DNA of 64,000 bases. Origin: Bdellovibrio sp. (GTDB lineage: Bacteria > Bdellovibrionota > Bdellovibrionia > Bdellovibrionales > Bdellovibrionaceae). The stretch spans positions 288,001 to 352,000 of the forward strand of contig JAKFBS010000004.1 in assembly GCA_036677065.1 (NCBI GenBank), written 5' to 3'. Under the pieces are notes generated by a model. The model was not told where the DNA came from. It saw only the letters and a program-made list of their open reading frames with translations, and did no database searches. Below are positions 38,038 through 47,691 of the stretch, piece after piece; position 1 is the stretch's first letter, and the number at the start of each line of letters is the position of its first letter. The position numbers and the translations under genes are program-made.

Positions 38038-38050
38038 TTAGAGGAATCTT

Positions 38051-39697
38051 ATGCATAAAAATATTCACGCTCCCACAGGAACAAAATTAAACTGTAAAGG
38101 TTGGTTGCAAGAAGCCGCTTATCGTATGATTCAAAATAACTTGGATCCAGCTGTGGCAGAAAATCCAGATCAGCTAGTGGTTTACGGTGGTATCGGAAAA
38201 GCTGCTCGTAACTGGGAATGTTACGACAAAATTTTAGAATCTTTAAAAGTCTTAGAAAACGATGAAACACTTTTAATTCAATCAGGAAAACCGGTCGGCG
38301 TTTTAAAAACGCACGAAGATGCGCCTCGTGTATTATTAGCCAATTCAAACTTAGTTCCGAAGTGGGCTACGTGGGAGCATTTTCATGAATTAGACCGTAA
38401 AGGTTTAATGATGTACGGCCAAATGACGGCAGGGTCATGGATTTACATTGGTACTCAAGGAATCATTCAAGGTACTTACGAAACATTTGTTGAAGCTGGT
38501 CGCCAACATTTCGGTGGTGATTTAGCCGGAAGAATTATTTTAACTGCAGGCTTAGGCGGCATGGGCGGGGCGCAACCTTTGGCCGGTGTATTTGCCGGTG
38601 CTACTGTAATTTGTGTTGAAGTTGACCCGGTCAGTATCGAAAAACGTTTAAAATCAAAATATGTTGATGAAGTGGTCACTGATATAGATGAAGCGATCGC
38701 GCTTGCCAAAAAATACGCGGCAAACAAAGAAGCTAAATCAATTGCGCTTCAGGGAAATGCGGCGACTGTTTTAAAAGAAATGTTAAAGAAAAACTTCTTA
38801 CCCGATCTTTTAACAGATCAAACTTCTGCGCATGATCCATTAAACGGGTACATTCCTGAAGGTTATACAGTGCAAACTGCAGCCGATTTCAGAACGCGCG
38901 ATCAAAGTGCGTATTTAGCAGCGGCTTACAAATCAATGGCAAGTCATGTTGAATCTATGCTTGAAATGAAAAAACGCGGCGCTGTCGTATTTGATTATGG
39001 CAATAATATTCGTGCACGTGCATTTGATGCCGGAGTAAAAAACGCTTTTGATTTTCCAGGATTTGTTCCGGCTTATATCAGACCATTATTTTGTAAAGGC
39101 AGTGGACCGTTTAGATGGGTAGCCCTTTCAGGTGATCCTAATGATATCAAAGTCACTGACGATGCGATGAGAGAATTGTTTCCGCATAAAAAAGATCTTT
39201 TAAAATGGTTAGACATGGCTGAAAAGCGCATTCAGTTTCAAGGCTTACCAGCACGCATTTGCTGGCTTGAATACGGTGAACGAGAAAAAGCGGGTTTACT
39301 ATTAAATGAATTAGTTCGTACCGGAAAAGTAAAAGCTCCGATTGTTATTGGTCGTGATCATTTAGATTGTGGTTCTGTTGCCAGCCCAAATCGTGAAACT
39401 GAAGCCATGAAAGATGGATCAGATGCGGTGAGTGACTGGCCGATGTTATCTGCAATGGCGTTAGTGGCCAGCGGCTCAACCTGGGTAGCGTTACATCACG
39501 GTGGTGGTGTAGGCATGGGGTATTCGCAGCATTCAGGACAAGTGATTGTCGCCGATGGAACAGACGCTGCCGCTAGAAGATTAAAACGTGTCTTAACGAC
39601 AGATCCAGCTATGGGAGTTTTTCGTCATTTAGATGCGGGTTATGAATTAGCGAAAAGCGTAGCTGTTGAGCGTGGTGTCAACAGCTGCTGGTTGTAG
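38051..39697 (+). CDS. hutU: Urocanate hydratase
   Basis: [50 protein letters not shown]. Confidence 0.98.
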   Translation: MHKNIHAPTGTKLNCKGWLQEAAYRMIQNNLDPAVAENPDQLVVYGGIGKAARNWECYDKILESLKVLENDETLLIQSGKPVGVLKTHEDAPRVLLANSNLVPKWATWEHFHELDRKGLMMYGQMTAGSWIYIGTQGIIQGTYETFVEAGRQHFGGDLAGRIILTAGLGGMGGAQPLAGVFAGATVICVEVDPVSIEKRLKSKYVDEVVTDIDEAIALAKKYAANKEAKSIALQGNAATVLKEMLKKNFLPDLLTDQTSAHDPLNGYIPEGYTVQTAADFRTRDQSAYLAAAYKSMASHVESMLEMKKRGAVVFDYGNNIRARAFDAGVKNAFDFPGFVPAYIRPLFCKGSGPFRWVALSGDPNDIKVTDDAMRELFPHKKDLLKWLDMAEKRIQFQGLPARICWLEYGEREKAGLLLNELVRTGKVKAPIVIGRDHLDCGSVASPNRETEAMKDGSDAVSDWPMLSAMALVASGSTWVALHHGGGVGMGYSQHSGQVIVADGTDAAARRLKRVLTTDPAMGVFRHLDAGYELAKSVAVERGVNSCWL

Positions 39698-39700
39698 TTA

Positions 39701-40735
39701 CTATTGTATATTCGCGCAAAGATTTTTGTCTGTCTCAACTTGAAATATTGAAGTGGCAATATCTTTACGGGTAAATCTGACACAATTAAATCCACGCATC
39801 AGCGGAATTTTTTGTGACGAAGCACCATGAAGCACATCGTGACGGTTTAATACACAGTTAGCAGGATCGGCGCAGTCGAGTTCATATTTGTATAAACGAA
39901 CTGGTTTAATACGTACGCTGGCGCCATTGGCACCGACAGGTGGCAAGTTGTACATATACTGCATAAAATTATTCGGCTCAACGAGAGTGTTGAGCGGAGT
40001 AGTGATCGTGTAATTCCAGATGGCTGTATTTGATTTATCTTTAGGAATAGCTCCTGCCGAAATTTTTTGAATATCAACTATGGCTCCACTCTGTACAATT
40101 TTACCGATAAACACTGCTGGACGCAGAGGTACTGTTGGCATGTAAGACGAACTATCGACTAAAACTAATTTGCCAAGATTGATCGGATTCATCAGAAGCG
40201 GGTTATTTAAGTCTTTTCCCGCGCTATCTTTAGCCATTAAATAGTTATTGTAGTTAAGACCGCGGTAGGTCAATGAGGCTGGCTGATAGATATTTGCAGG
40301 AGGTGGTCCTACTTGGAAAAACGTAACTGCATCGGCAAATAATCCTTTTCCGCGCAAATCATCAAAAGCCAAAAAGTACATAAAAGTGTTGCCACCTTGT
40401 TTAAGAGTAACTGTGCGCGATGGTGTGGTTTGACCGCGATAAAATGCTGTAGAACGATCGGGTTCAAAATCATAAAAATTTAAATTGTTATCATCCCTAA
40501 CCTTAAGGTTATTCATTGATGGCCCTGCGGCGCGCAGGTCGCGTAAAATTAATTTATCGGCAAGATTAGCCTCGATTTGGTCATCCATTTTCGCGCTAAA
40601 CGTTTTATTCCAGTTATTCGTGTCTTTTAAAGCTTCGAAAACGCCTAGGCCGACAATCGAACTTAATCCGATGGCAATTAAAAGTTCGGTAATCGTTACG
40701 CCTTTATTATTGTGAACATGCATTAGTTTTTTCAT
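39701..40735 (-). CDS. Type IV minor pilin-like protein (PilW/GspJ position)
   Basis: Prepilin motif NNKG|VTITELLIA, then I.RDLR.AG. Confidence 0.75.
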   Translation of the reverse strand: MKKLMHVHNNKGVTITELLIAIGLSSIVGLGVFEALKDTNNWNKTFSAKMDDQIEANLADKLILRDLRAAGPSMNNLKVRDDNNLNFYDFEPDRSTAFYRGQTTPSRTVTLKQGGNTFMYFLAFDDLRGKGLFADAVTFFQVGPPPANIYQPASLTYRGLNYNNYLMAKDSAGKDLNNPLLMNPINLGKLVLVDSSSYMPTVPLRPAVFIGKIVQSGAIVDIQKISAGAIPKDKSNTAIWNYTITTPLNTLVEPNNFMQYMYNLPPVGANGASVRIKPVRLYKYELDCADPANCVLNRHDVLHGASSQKIPLMRGFNCVRFTRKDIATSIFQVETDKNLCANIQ

Positions 40736-40737
40736 GG

Positions 40738-41187
40738 TTATTTACTCACTAAAAATTCAAATTTTTTGATTTCTGAGCCCCACTCGGTGTGGGTAAACCA
40801 AATTGTTACTAAGTATAGATCACTGGTTGCCTCAGTGGCCGGAGTAATCACATAACCATATCGTCCGGGACAATTTTTACACTCTGACAGAGGTTTGTCG
40901 TCTATATTGGACCAACCCATTTTTAAACTACCAACATTTAAAAGAGAATTTGGATCTGTGTATTGTAGAATCTGTGTCGTCGGTTGTTGTCTGATATTTT
41001 CAATAATTTCAGAGACGCGATCGTCTGCTGTAGATTTGGTTTCATTGCTAATGGCAGTTTTATTTAATTGGTCAAAAGCGGTTAGCCCGCCAACAACCAC
41101 GATCGAAAGTAGGGCTACGCCCACCATCACTTCTGTGATGGTGAAACCTTTTTTAGAAACAACTGATCTTAAAAAATTAAAGCCCAT
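40738..41187 (-). CDS. Type IV minor pilin-like protein (PilV/GspI position)
   Basis: Prepilin motif KKG|FTITEVMVG; 149 aa. Confidence 0.8.
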   Translation of the reverse strand: MGFNFLRSVVSKKGFTITEVMVGVALLSIVVVGGLTAFDQLNKTAISNETKSTADDRVSEIIENIRQQPTTQILQYTDPNSLLNVGSLKMGWSNIDDKPLSECKNCPGRYGYVITPATEATSDLYLVTIWFTHTEWGSEIKKFEFLVSK

Positions 41188-44100
41188 AAACTCTCTCTAG
41201 CTGAATCAAGTTAAAATTGCGAATACGTTTTAAACACGAGGTATTTGTGCTGCTACCGATACGCCCGCAATCGGGATCAACAGATGTCCAACGTGGTGGT
41301 CCTTTACCCTGAAGTACAAACGTCGAACTACAGCGAATGCGGTCAGACAGTATTTGTAAACCTGGATCAGGATGCCAGAAGGGCACAGCGCCATTATACA
41401 GTGATGAGCAGTTTGCATTATTAGCGCGTCTCATAAGCGGTGGTGAGCCTGCTGTTTTCATAGCGGCAACAGCAGTTTGGTTATGTATGCTTTGCCATGT
41501 TACCCCAGCTCTTAAGGCTGATTTATCTACAGTGAAATCTTTAAGAACCATGAATGTACCGATAATTTTTAGCGGTTGTGATCTCGGTTTAATGATTAGA
41601 GTTCGACAAACATAAAAACCATTAATGATGGTAGCACTTGGCTCGATGGTGCAGGTGCCACGAATTGATCCTATGCCAAATGAAGAATAAATATTTGTAT
41701 CAAAAAGTTGGTCTGAATAAACAGTTTTATCCGGAGCTGCAAAATGCCATGAATCTACTGCAACTGAAGTAAAGTCAGCAGCAGCAAACGAAGCGGGCTT
41801 GAAAGCATCCTGATTTATACCGCCGGCAGAGTCCATACATTGTTTAATTTTTTCTTCGTAGTTGATTGTTGGGTCAAGTGGTTTGTAAGTGCCTAAGTTA
41901 ATTTCGTTAGCTTGATAGTTCAGGCCACGATCGCTAAATACCAATTCATTTGCAGCATTAAATGAAAAACCATAGTGAACATTGTTCATGTCGGCGAATC
42001 TTCCGGTATTGCCATCGTTTGGATTATTGGTTACTTCGTTGCTCGGGTTGCGTGGACGTTTAGAATAACCACCTTTTTTTGCGCTAAAATCCATACCTTC
42101 CATCGAGAAATCTTTAATTTCGTTATTGGTTAGACTACTGGTTTTATATAAATCATCACTTGATCCAGAAGTGTTGTAAATACGGTTGGTCGGTGAAATC
42201 GAGGCGTACCTAAAGTATTTACCATTGGAAATTTTGATGGTTACATTTCTAAACGCAGATTGCCGTTTGCTAAAACCATTGAAAGGTTTAGTGCTGGCGA
42301 TCTCTATCCGCCCCGGATTGTCATAGTATTCTTTACGTAAATTATATTCTGTTAATACCGGAGTATAGTCGTCATCGAAGTATTTTTGATAATCTTCTTT
42401 GGCGTCATCAAATCTTTTCTGAGCCCAAGCTACAGAATCATCATTAAATCGGTTATCTTTTAAGTCTTCATACTCATCACGGTCAGACCAGCTTAGGTAG
42501 GCGACTGGTGAGGTTGGCTTTGTGGTTTCTAGTGAGGCCAAACGAACAGTTCTTGTGGTTAACGTTGCTGAAGTAGTACCTATTTTAGGTAGATGAGTAC
42601 TGTTTAAAGTAGCTGATACTGCAGTTAAAGCATTTGCCGCCTGGTCGAATTGGTCTTTTGAATAAGCTGAAAAATTAATGGTTACAGCATGACCATCGCC
42701 TACACTATTTTCTAAAATAGGAATTTTTAAAAAATCATCGTTACCAGGTTTAGGCCAAGTCATATTAGCCCACATCACAAGTTTAGTTCCTGAAGTTAAG
42801 TTATAAGCTGGTGCGATTGAATACCAAATATTGGATGCATCTTTACCACCATTATCACTATGCTTATTTGATATATTCATAAAAGGGGATCCCGCGAAGC
42901 CAGAACAGTTAATGCCCCCATCGCCAGAGTTTAAACCATTGTAATTACAGTTAATGCCCCCATCGTTGTTGTCAATTTCTTGCGATTCAAATAAATTAAG
43001 AGCATTCGGCATGGTTGAGAAAGAATAGCGAACAGTAGTTTCAGTTAAATTAGTTCCGACAGTGCCACTGATAGGAACACCGACTAAACGCGATTCTTTT
43101 GTTAAATTCAAATCACTTTGAGCGCGGAGCAGGTTGGTACAAAAAGTGATAATGTCATTATTTAAAGTGGTTGAGTCACTGACCCCGTTAAGTACACTTA
43201 ACCCCACATCACCTTTACCGTCAGAATCAATTCCGCGCATAAAGCCGCCAAAAGTTTTTAAATCTGTCCAGTGGCGTTTTACACCCAGGGCTTCGTTAAT
43301 TTTAAAGTCTGCGCCATTGTGATCTTTGATTTTACCATTACCAATAATAACCACATCGTTAAAAGTAGCCGGCGTATAGCTACCAGTATTGTCCATAAAA
43401 ATGTTCTGGTTTACAAAAATAGGCGAATTGAAAACCATACCTACATCACTTTTTGATCCTTTAGGAATCGCCATATCGCCGTGACCAGCAATAGGCGCTG
43501 TAGTTTCGCCTAAATAAATTGAACCAGGTAAAATAAGAGCAAACGTATTGAGTTCACGTGGGTTAGAAACAAAGCTGGATGTTTCGCGCAAAAATTGTTT
43601 TCCGGTGGCTGTATTCTGCCCATCGTCACCAGTGACTTCTATACCGGTTCGTACCGGTTGGCCATCCCGGCCGGTAAATTCAGTAATGATTTGAATATAA
43701 ACTTCGTCACCATTTACAGGTAAAGTCATATTGCTGATGCGCGAGACTTTGATGTTGACGCCTTTAACCAGTGGATTACGTGTGTTTGTAAGAACACGAT
43801 TCAATGGATGCGTTGCACCCATAGTTAAATTATTGAGATCCAGCGTAATGGAAAATGATTGCAACATAAAATCGACAGCATTTTTTCCGGCTAAGGTTGG
43901 AAAAAGGTTGGCGCCGGTGCCGGGGTCTGTAGTTTTCCCTAAGTCTTCTAAAGTTTTCGCATACGATAAAGGCATCATCAAGCGGGCGGTACTAAATTGA
44001 TTCGTAAAATTATTTACGCAGTTTTCAGGCAATTCAGGTAAAAGTTGAGCATCAAAACACCACCCTTTGCGAATCCCGTATTTGATATAATCCGTGATTG

Positions 44101-44266
44101 AGCGCAATGCTAAATTGGCGTGAATATCCTTACGTAGCTGTGATGAGAGCTTTCGTTCAGTGATAATTTTATTTGAGATAAAGTAAACTCCAGACGACAC
44201 AATCCCAACGATGAACAAAGCCATCATTGTGGTATTTCCCCGGGAGTTGAACAAACGTATCCTCAT
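41177..44266 (-). CDS. Giant (1029 aa) PilX/GspK-like pilin
   Basis: NSRG|NTTMMALFIVGIV lacks Glu+5 (PilX/GspK hallmark); first gene of the three-pilin operon; Cys-rich C-terminus. Confidence 0.65.
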   Translation of the reverse strand: MRIRLFNSRGNTTMMALFIVGIVSSGVYFISNKIITERKLSSQLRKDIHANLALRSITDYIKYGIRKGWCFDAQLLPELPENCVNNFTNQFSTARLMMPLSYAKTLEDLGKTTDPGTGANLFPTLAGKNAVDFMLQSFSITLDLNNLTMGATHPLNRVLTNTRNPLVKGVNIKVSRISNMTLPVNGDEVYIQIITEFTGRDGQPVRTGIEVTGDDGQNTATGKQFLRETSSFVSNPRELNTFALILPGSIYLGETTAPIAGHGDMAIPKGSKSDVGMVFNSPIFVNQNIFMDNTGSYTPATFNDVVIIGNGKIKDHNGADFKINEALGVKRHWTDLKTFGGFMRGIDSDGKGDVGLSVLNGVSDSTTLNNDIITFCTNLLRAQSDLNLTKESRLVGVPISGTVGTNLTETTVRYSFSTMPNALNLFESQEIDNNDGGINCNYNGLNSGDGGINCSGFAGSPFMNISNKHSDNGGKDASNIWYSIAPAYNLTSGTKLVMWANMTWPKPGNDDFLKIPILENSVGDGHAVTINFSAYSKDQFDQAANALTAVSATLNSTHLPKIGTTSATLTTRTVRLASLETTKPTSPVAYLSWSDRDEYEDLKDNRFNDDSVAWAQKRFDDAKEDYQKYFDDDYTPVLTEYNLRKEYYDNPGRIEIASTKPFNGFSKRQSAFRNVTIKISNGKYFRYASISPTNRIYNTSGSSDDLYKTSSLTNNEIKDFSMEGMDFSAKKGGYSKRPRNPSNEVTNNPNDGNTGRFADMNNVHYGFSFNAANELVFSDRGLNYQANEINLGTYKPLDPTINYEEKIKQCMDSAGGINQDAFKPASFAAADFTSVAVDSWHFAAPDKTVYSDQLFDTNIYSSFGIGSIRGTCTIEPSATIINGFYVCRTLIIKPRSQPLKIIGTFMVLKDFTVDKSALRAGVTWQSIHNQTAVAAMKTAGSPPLMRRANNANCSSLYNGAVPFWHPDPGLQILSDRIRCSSTFVLQGKGPPRWTSVDPDCGRIGSSTNTSCLKRIRNFNLIQLERVYGL

Positions 44267-44314
44267 ATGGTACCCCTCAATATATTATTGTAGAACATCT
44301 CGCTGTAATACAGA

Positions 44315-44354
44315 AGAAAAAAGAAAAACCCCGCCTCAGAATAAGACGGGGTTT
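44315..44354 (-). terminator. Intrinsic terminator
   Basis: Minus strand AAACCCCGTCT-loop-AGGCGGGGTTTTTCTTTTT. Confidence 0.8.
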
Positions 44355-44378
44355 ATTGAAGGGATAGTAAATAAAATA

Positions 44379-45578
44379 CTAGTTGGCTGTTAAAGCCGAA
44401 GTGTAAGGTTGAAACCAAACATCGACAATGTATGCATGTGGATGTTTTTTTGGATTCTTTAAGACGATCGTTGATTTCTCGCGGAACTCGACCTTTTCAG
44501 CCACAGAATGAACTTGAGATTCGTATTTCAAGTTAATTGACTTAAGCATAGAAGCTAAAGGCACTGTATCTTTTCTAGAGTAAACACCTTTGCCTGATTT
44601 ATCCTTCCAGAGAACAAGTTTTTTGAAAATCGGATCTTTGCTGTCGATGATGCCATCTTTATTTAAATCGTGAACAGCTAATTTTGCAAAACCATTTTTA
44701 TATTCACCTGATTCACCAAAAAGTTCTTGGCTTGAAAGCACTTTTGCTTGTTTGTTTGGTAAAGCTAAAAAGTAACCGGCATGATTTTTTTCTGGCCAGT
44801 AAGTTCTTTGATTAGCACCCATGTTAAATTCAACAACATTATCAAATTTCGGAATTTCTTTGTCTAAGAACACCATTAACGGAGAGTGGTATCCACCGCA
44901 ATAACCTTCTTGGCCTGGAAAGCCAGTTTCAATATCAAAGGTTTTGCCATCAGATGATTGATTGATATTAATCGCACTTGATGAAAGAAGACCAGTATAA
45001 GCATAGTAGGCACAACTTCCGCCAAAACAATGTTCGCCGTTGTTGTTCTGGGGGCCAGCTTCTTGTTCAAATGTAACATTACTTACTTTAAAACGCTGTT
45101 GCGCTACATTGATTTCAGCTGTTACAGGATTAACTGAATTGGTAACGGCACTTGGTATATTTAAAGTCACGGTATTACCTGAATAGGCCGCTCGTGATCC
45201 TGAAGGCAGTGTAAACCCTGTTAGAGTACTTGTTTGCGTAGCCGCAGCCGAAGTACCTAAGACAGCTGATGCAGGAAAGCGAACTTTAAAAGCTTGTTCT
45301 GCGCCATTATCAATGGTGATTTTACCATTCATGATAACAGTACTATTAGGAGCAATAGGATTTGCTACGCCACGCAAATTAGTACCAAAGCATGAAGCTC
45401 TGAAACGAACGGTATAGTTATTTGTACTTGTTCTTTGAGTAGCTCCAGCAACAGACATATCTGCCAGTGGATTTACTGCACCTTCACCACCATTAATGGT
45501 AAGGTCACTGCCTGCAGCTGATTGCGCTAGCCCTAAAGCTAAAACAAGCGATAATATATTGAGTTTACCTGATAACAT
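44379..45578 (-). CDS. Secreted protein with C-terminal Ca2+-binding (EF-hand-like, RTX-associated) domain
   Basis: Signal peptide; SPLMVFLD...FLAL...ELFG...NGFAKLAVHDLNKDGIIDSKDPIFKKLVLWKD. Confidence 0.7.
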   Translation of the reverse strand: MLSGKLNILSLVLALGLAQSAAGSDLTINGGEGAVNPLADMSVAGATQRTSTNNYTVRFRASCFGTNLRGVANPIAPNSTVIMNGKITIDNGAEQAFKVRFPASAVLGTSAAATQTSTLTGFTLPSGSRAAYSGNTVTLNIPSAVTNSVNPVTAEINVAQQRFKVSNVTFEQEAGPQNNNGEHCFGGSCAYYAYTGLLSSSAININQSSDGKTFDIETGFPGQEGYCGGYHSPLMVFLDKEIPKFDNVVEFNMGANQRTYWPEKNHAGYFLALPNKQAKVLSSQELFGESGEYKNGFAKLAVHDLNKDGIIDSKDPIFKKLVLWKDKSGKGVYSRKDTVPLASMLKSINLKYESQVHSVAEKVEFREKSTIVLKNPKKHPHAYIVDVWFQPYTSALTAN

Positions 45579-45789
45579 AATTCCCCCTAGTTATCTCACA
45601 TACTTAAGTATAGCTATGTTTTTCAGAATCATTACAAAAAAATGAAAATTAGCATTTATTCAGTTTTTTCGTTTCATCATGAAACAGTATGAAAAAAAGT
45701 TTGCAGCTGGGATCAAATATAAGACCTAGGTCCGATCATTGTTTTACTTCAATACGTCGATAAATATGGCGGATATATAGGGATGTAAA

Positions 45790-47685
45790 ATGAATAAATG
45801 GTTTAATAGCAAATTCTACTTCGCATTTTGGATGTTCTTAGCATTAGTACCAATGAAACACGCTTTAGATGTTTCAGCGGAAATGGATCGCCAATCGCAT
45901 AAAACAATTGTCGGCATGCAAGAGCAGTCTTCAATGGCAAGTCAGCCAGCTGAAGATCTTTATTCATTTGATGAAAGGCAAAGTGAATTAGCAAATGTCA
46001 GCGATGAACAGCTTTTGCAAGTTTTAGAGCTATCGACAGATGAGTATGAACAATCGGGTTCAGCTAATCCTTATGCTATTTCTCCGGCGCAATTAGATTC
46101 ATATGACCTGGCTTTGCGCGAAAGCTCGGGCTTAAATAATAATTCGCCTTTTGATTTTGCTACAATTGCCGGTGAAGAAGCTGCTGTGAATTATGAAGAG
46201 CTAGCCGTGTGCACTGCTAAAAATAAAAATCGTGGAAACATCGAAGCGGTTATTCTTAAAGCTGCCAAGCAAAGCCCGATGATGGCCAATGCTATTGCAG
46301 AACGTAGTCATGAAAGCAAAACTATCCCTCGCAAATGTATAACTCATGTTATGAATAAATTTAACCCAAGCCCTAAATCATTAGCGCGTTGTCCGGGTGG
46401 AATGGGAACAGAACCGGCGCGTGGTGGTGCTAAACCATGTATTTCTAAAAATTTAGTTAATTTAACGTATAATCATTTTACAGATGTTGCTGAGTGTTTA
46501 AATATCGAAGCCAAAGATCTGTTGCCAAAACTTTCAAACGAGTCTGGAGTAATTATCAACACTTTGGGCGCTGGTTGGGATGCCGGAGTCGGGCAGTTAA
46601 CCCAATCGGCTATTGAAGAAGTAAATAAGCATTATGATCGCTATGTTGCAGAAATGGAAAAAGCGTCAATTAAAAAACCTTCTTGTATGCGTGTGATGCA
46701 GTATAAACCTTATTTAAAAAAGGCTAAAGATGTTTTAGCGTCACGTTGTTCGTTCATCGTTCCTCCGGAAAATCCGATGAAAAATATCGTTTACATGGCG
46801 GTTTACAATAGAATGAATTTAGATCATTTATTAGGTATCAAATATATCGCTGGTGAATCATTTATTGATAACAATGGTCAAATGATTGCCTATACGGGTA
46901 CAACTTCTGACCGTATTATTAATGGTAAATTTGGTAATAATCAAATCCAGCAAAAATTCGCTCAATTAGGTATTTCAGATCTAAGTTTAGATAACGTAGC
47001 AACTATGGTGGCATTTAACGGTTATAATGCGGGGCCAAGTACTGCATTTAATATGTTAAATGAATATTTAACCAAACGAATTTCTGCTAAAAAATCACTA
47101 ACTGAGCGTGATTTTGATTTTCATACGCCGAAAACTGCGACTGACATTGATGGTAAAGTAAAATCGGTAACTGAAATAGCGCGATTGAATGTGCGTTCTG
47201 CATTTATTAAAAAGAATGATCCAGAGGCAAAAATTAAAGTAAAGCGTGCCAAAGTTTTACCAGAGAAAATCAGAAAATCACATTTGCTGACGTTTCCAGA
47301 ATTTTTAATTTATAATCAGAATAACTTCGATTCTTCAATTTTAAATCCGGCAAATCTGGCAAAAGTAGAAGCTATCCAAGATGCGGCTGCAAAAGCTAAA
47401 GAACGTAATAAATACGAACGCTTTTCATCTTATGGTTCTCCGGGGTATTTATCATCTTTAGCGGCTAAAGACACAGCGCTTAGAACGGCCTTTGAAAATT
47501 CAGGAGCAGATAAGTATTACTGTTCAAACCCGAATTTTTTAAAAATCAGAGACCATAAAGCTAAGCCACTGGAGCCTGAGTTTGATGAGCCAGTTCCGGC
47601 AGCGGTACAGGATAATGTAAAGGTCGTTAGGCCAAGAGTAGAAGCCGTTAATAAAATTAAAGCGGCTCCTAATAAAACTAAATAG
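45790..47685 (+). CDS. Secreted lysozyme-fold / lytic transglycosylase-like protein
   Basis: N-terminal signal or anchor; motifs LSNESG, DAGVGQLT and GYNAGP in SLT order. Confidence 0.6.
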   Translation: MNKWFNSKFYFAFWMFLALVPMKHALDVSAEMDRQSHKTIVGMQEQSSMASQPAEDLYSFDERQSELANVSDEQLLQVLELSTDEYEQSGSANPYAISPAQLDSYDLALRESSGLNNNSPFDFATIAGEEAAVNYEELAVCTAKNKNRGNIEAVILKAAKQSPMMANAIAERSHESKTIPRKCITHVMNKFNPSPKSLARCPGGMGTEPARGGAKPCISKNLVNLTYNHFTDVAECLNIEAKDLLPKLSNESGVIINTLGAGWDAGVGQLTQSAIEEVNKHYDRYVAEMEKASIKKPSCMRVMQYKPYLKKAKDVLASRCSFIVPPENPMKNIVYMAVYNRMNLDHLLGIKYIAGESFIDNNGQMIAYTGTTSDRIINGKFGNNQIQQKFAQLGISDLSLDNVATMVAFNGYNAGPSTAFNMLNEYLTKRISAKKSLTERDFDFHTPKTATDIDGKVKSVTEIARLNVRSAFIKKNDPEAKIKVKRAKVLPEKIRKSHLLTFPEFLIYNQNNFDSSILNPANLAKVEAIQDAAAKAKERNKYERFSSYGSPGYLSSLAAKDTALRTAFENSGADKYYCSNPNFLKIRDHKAKPLEPEFDEPVPAAVQDNVKVVRPRVEAVNKIKAAPNKTK

Positions 47686-47691
47686 TTTCGA

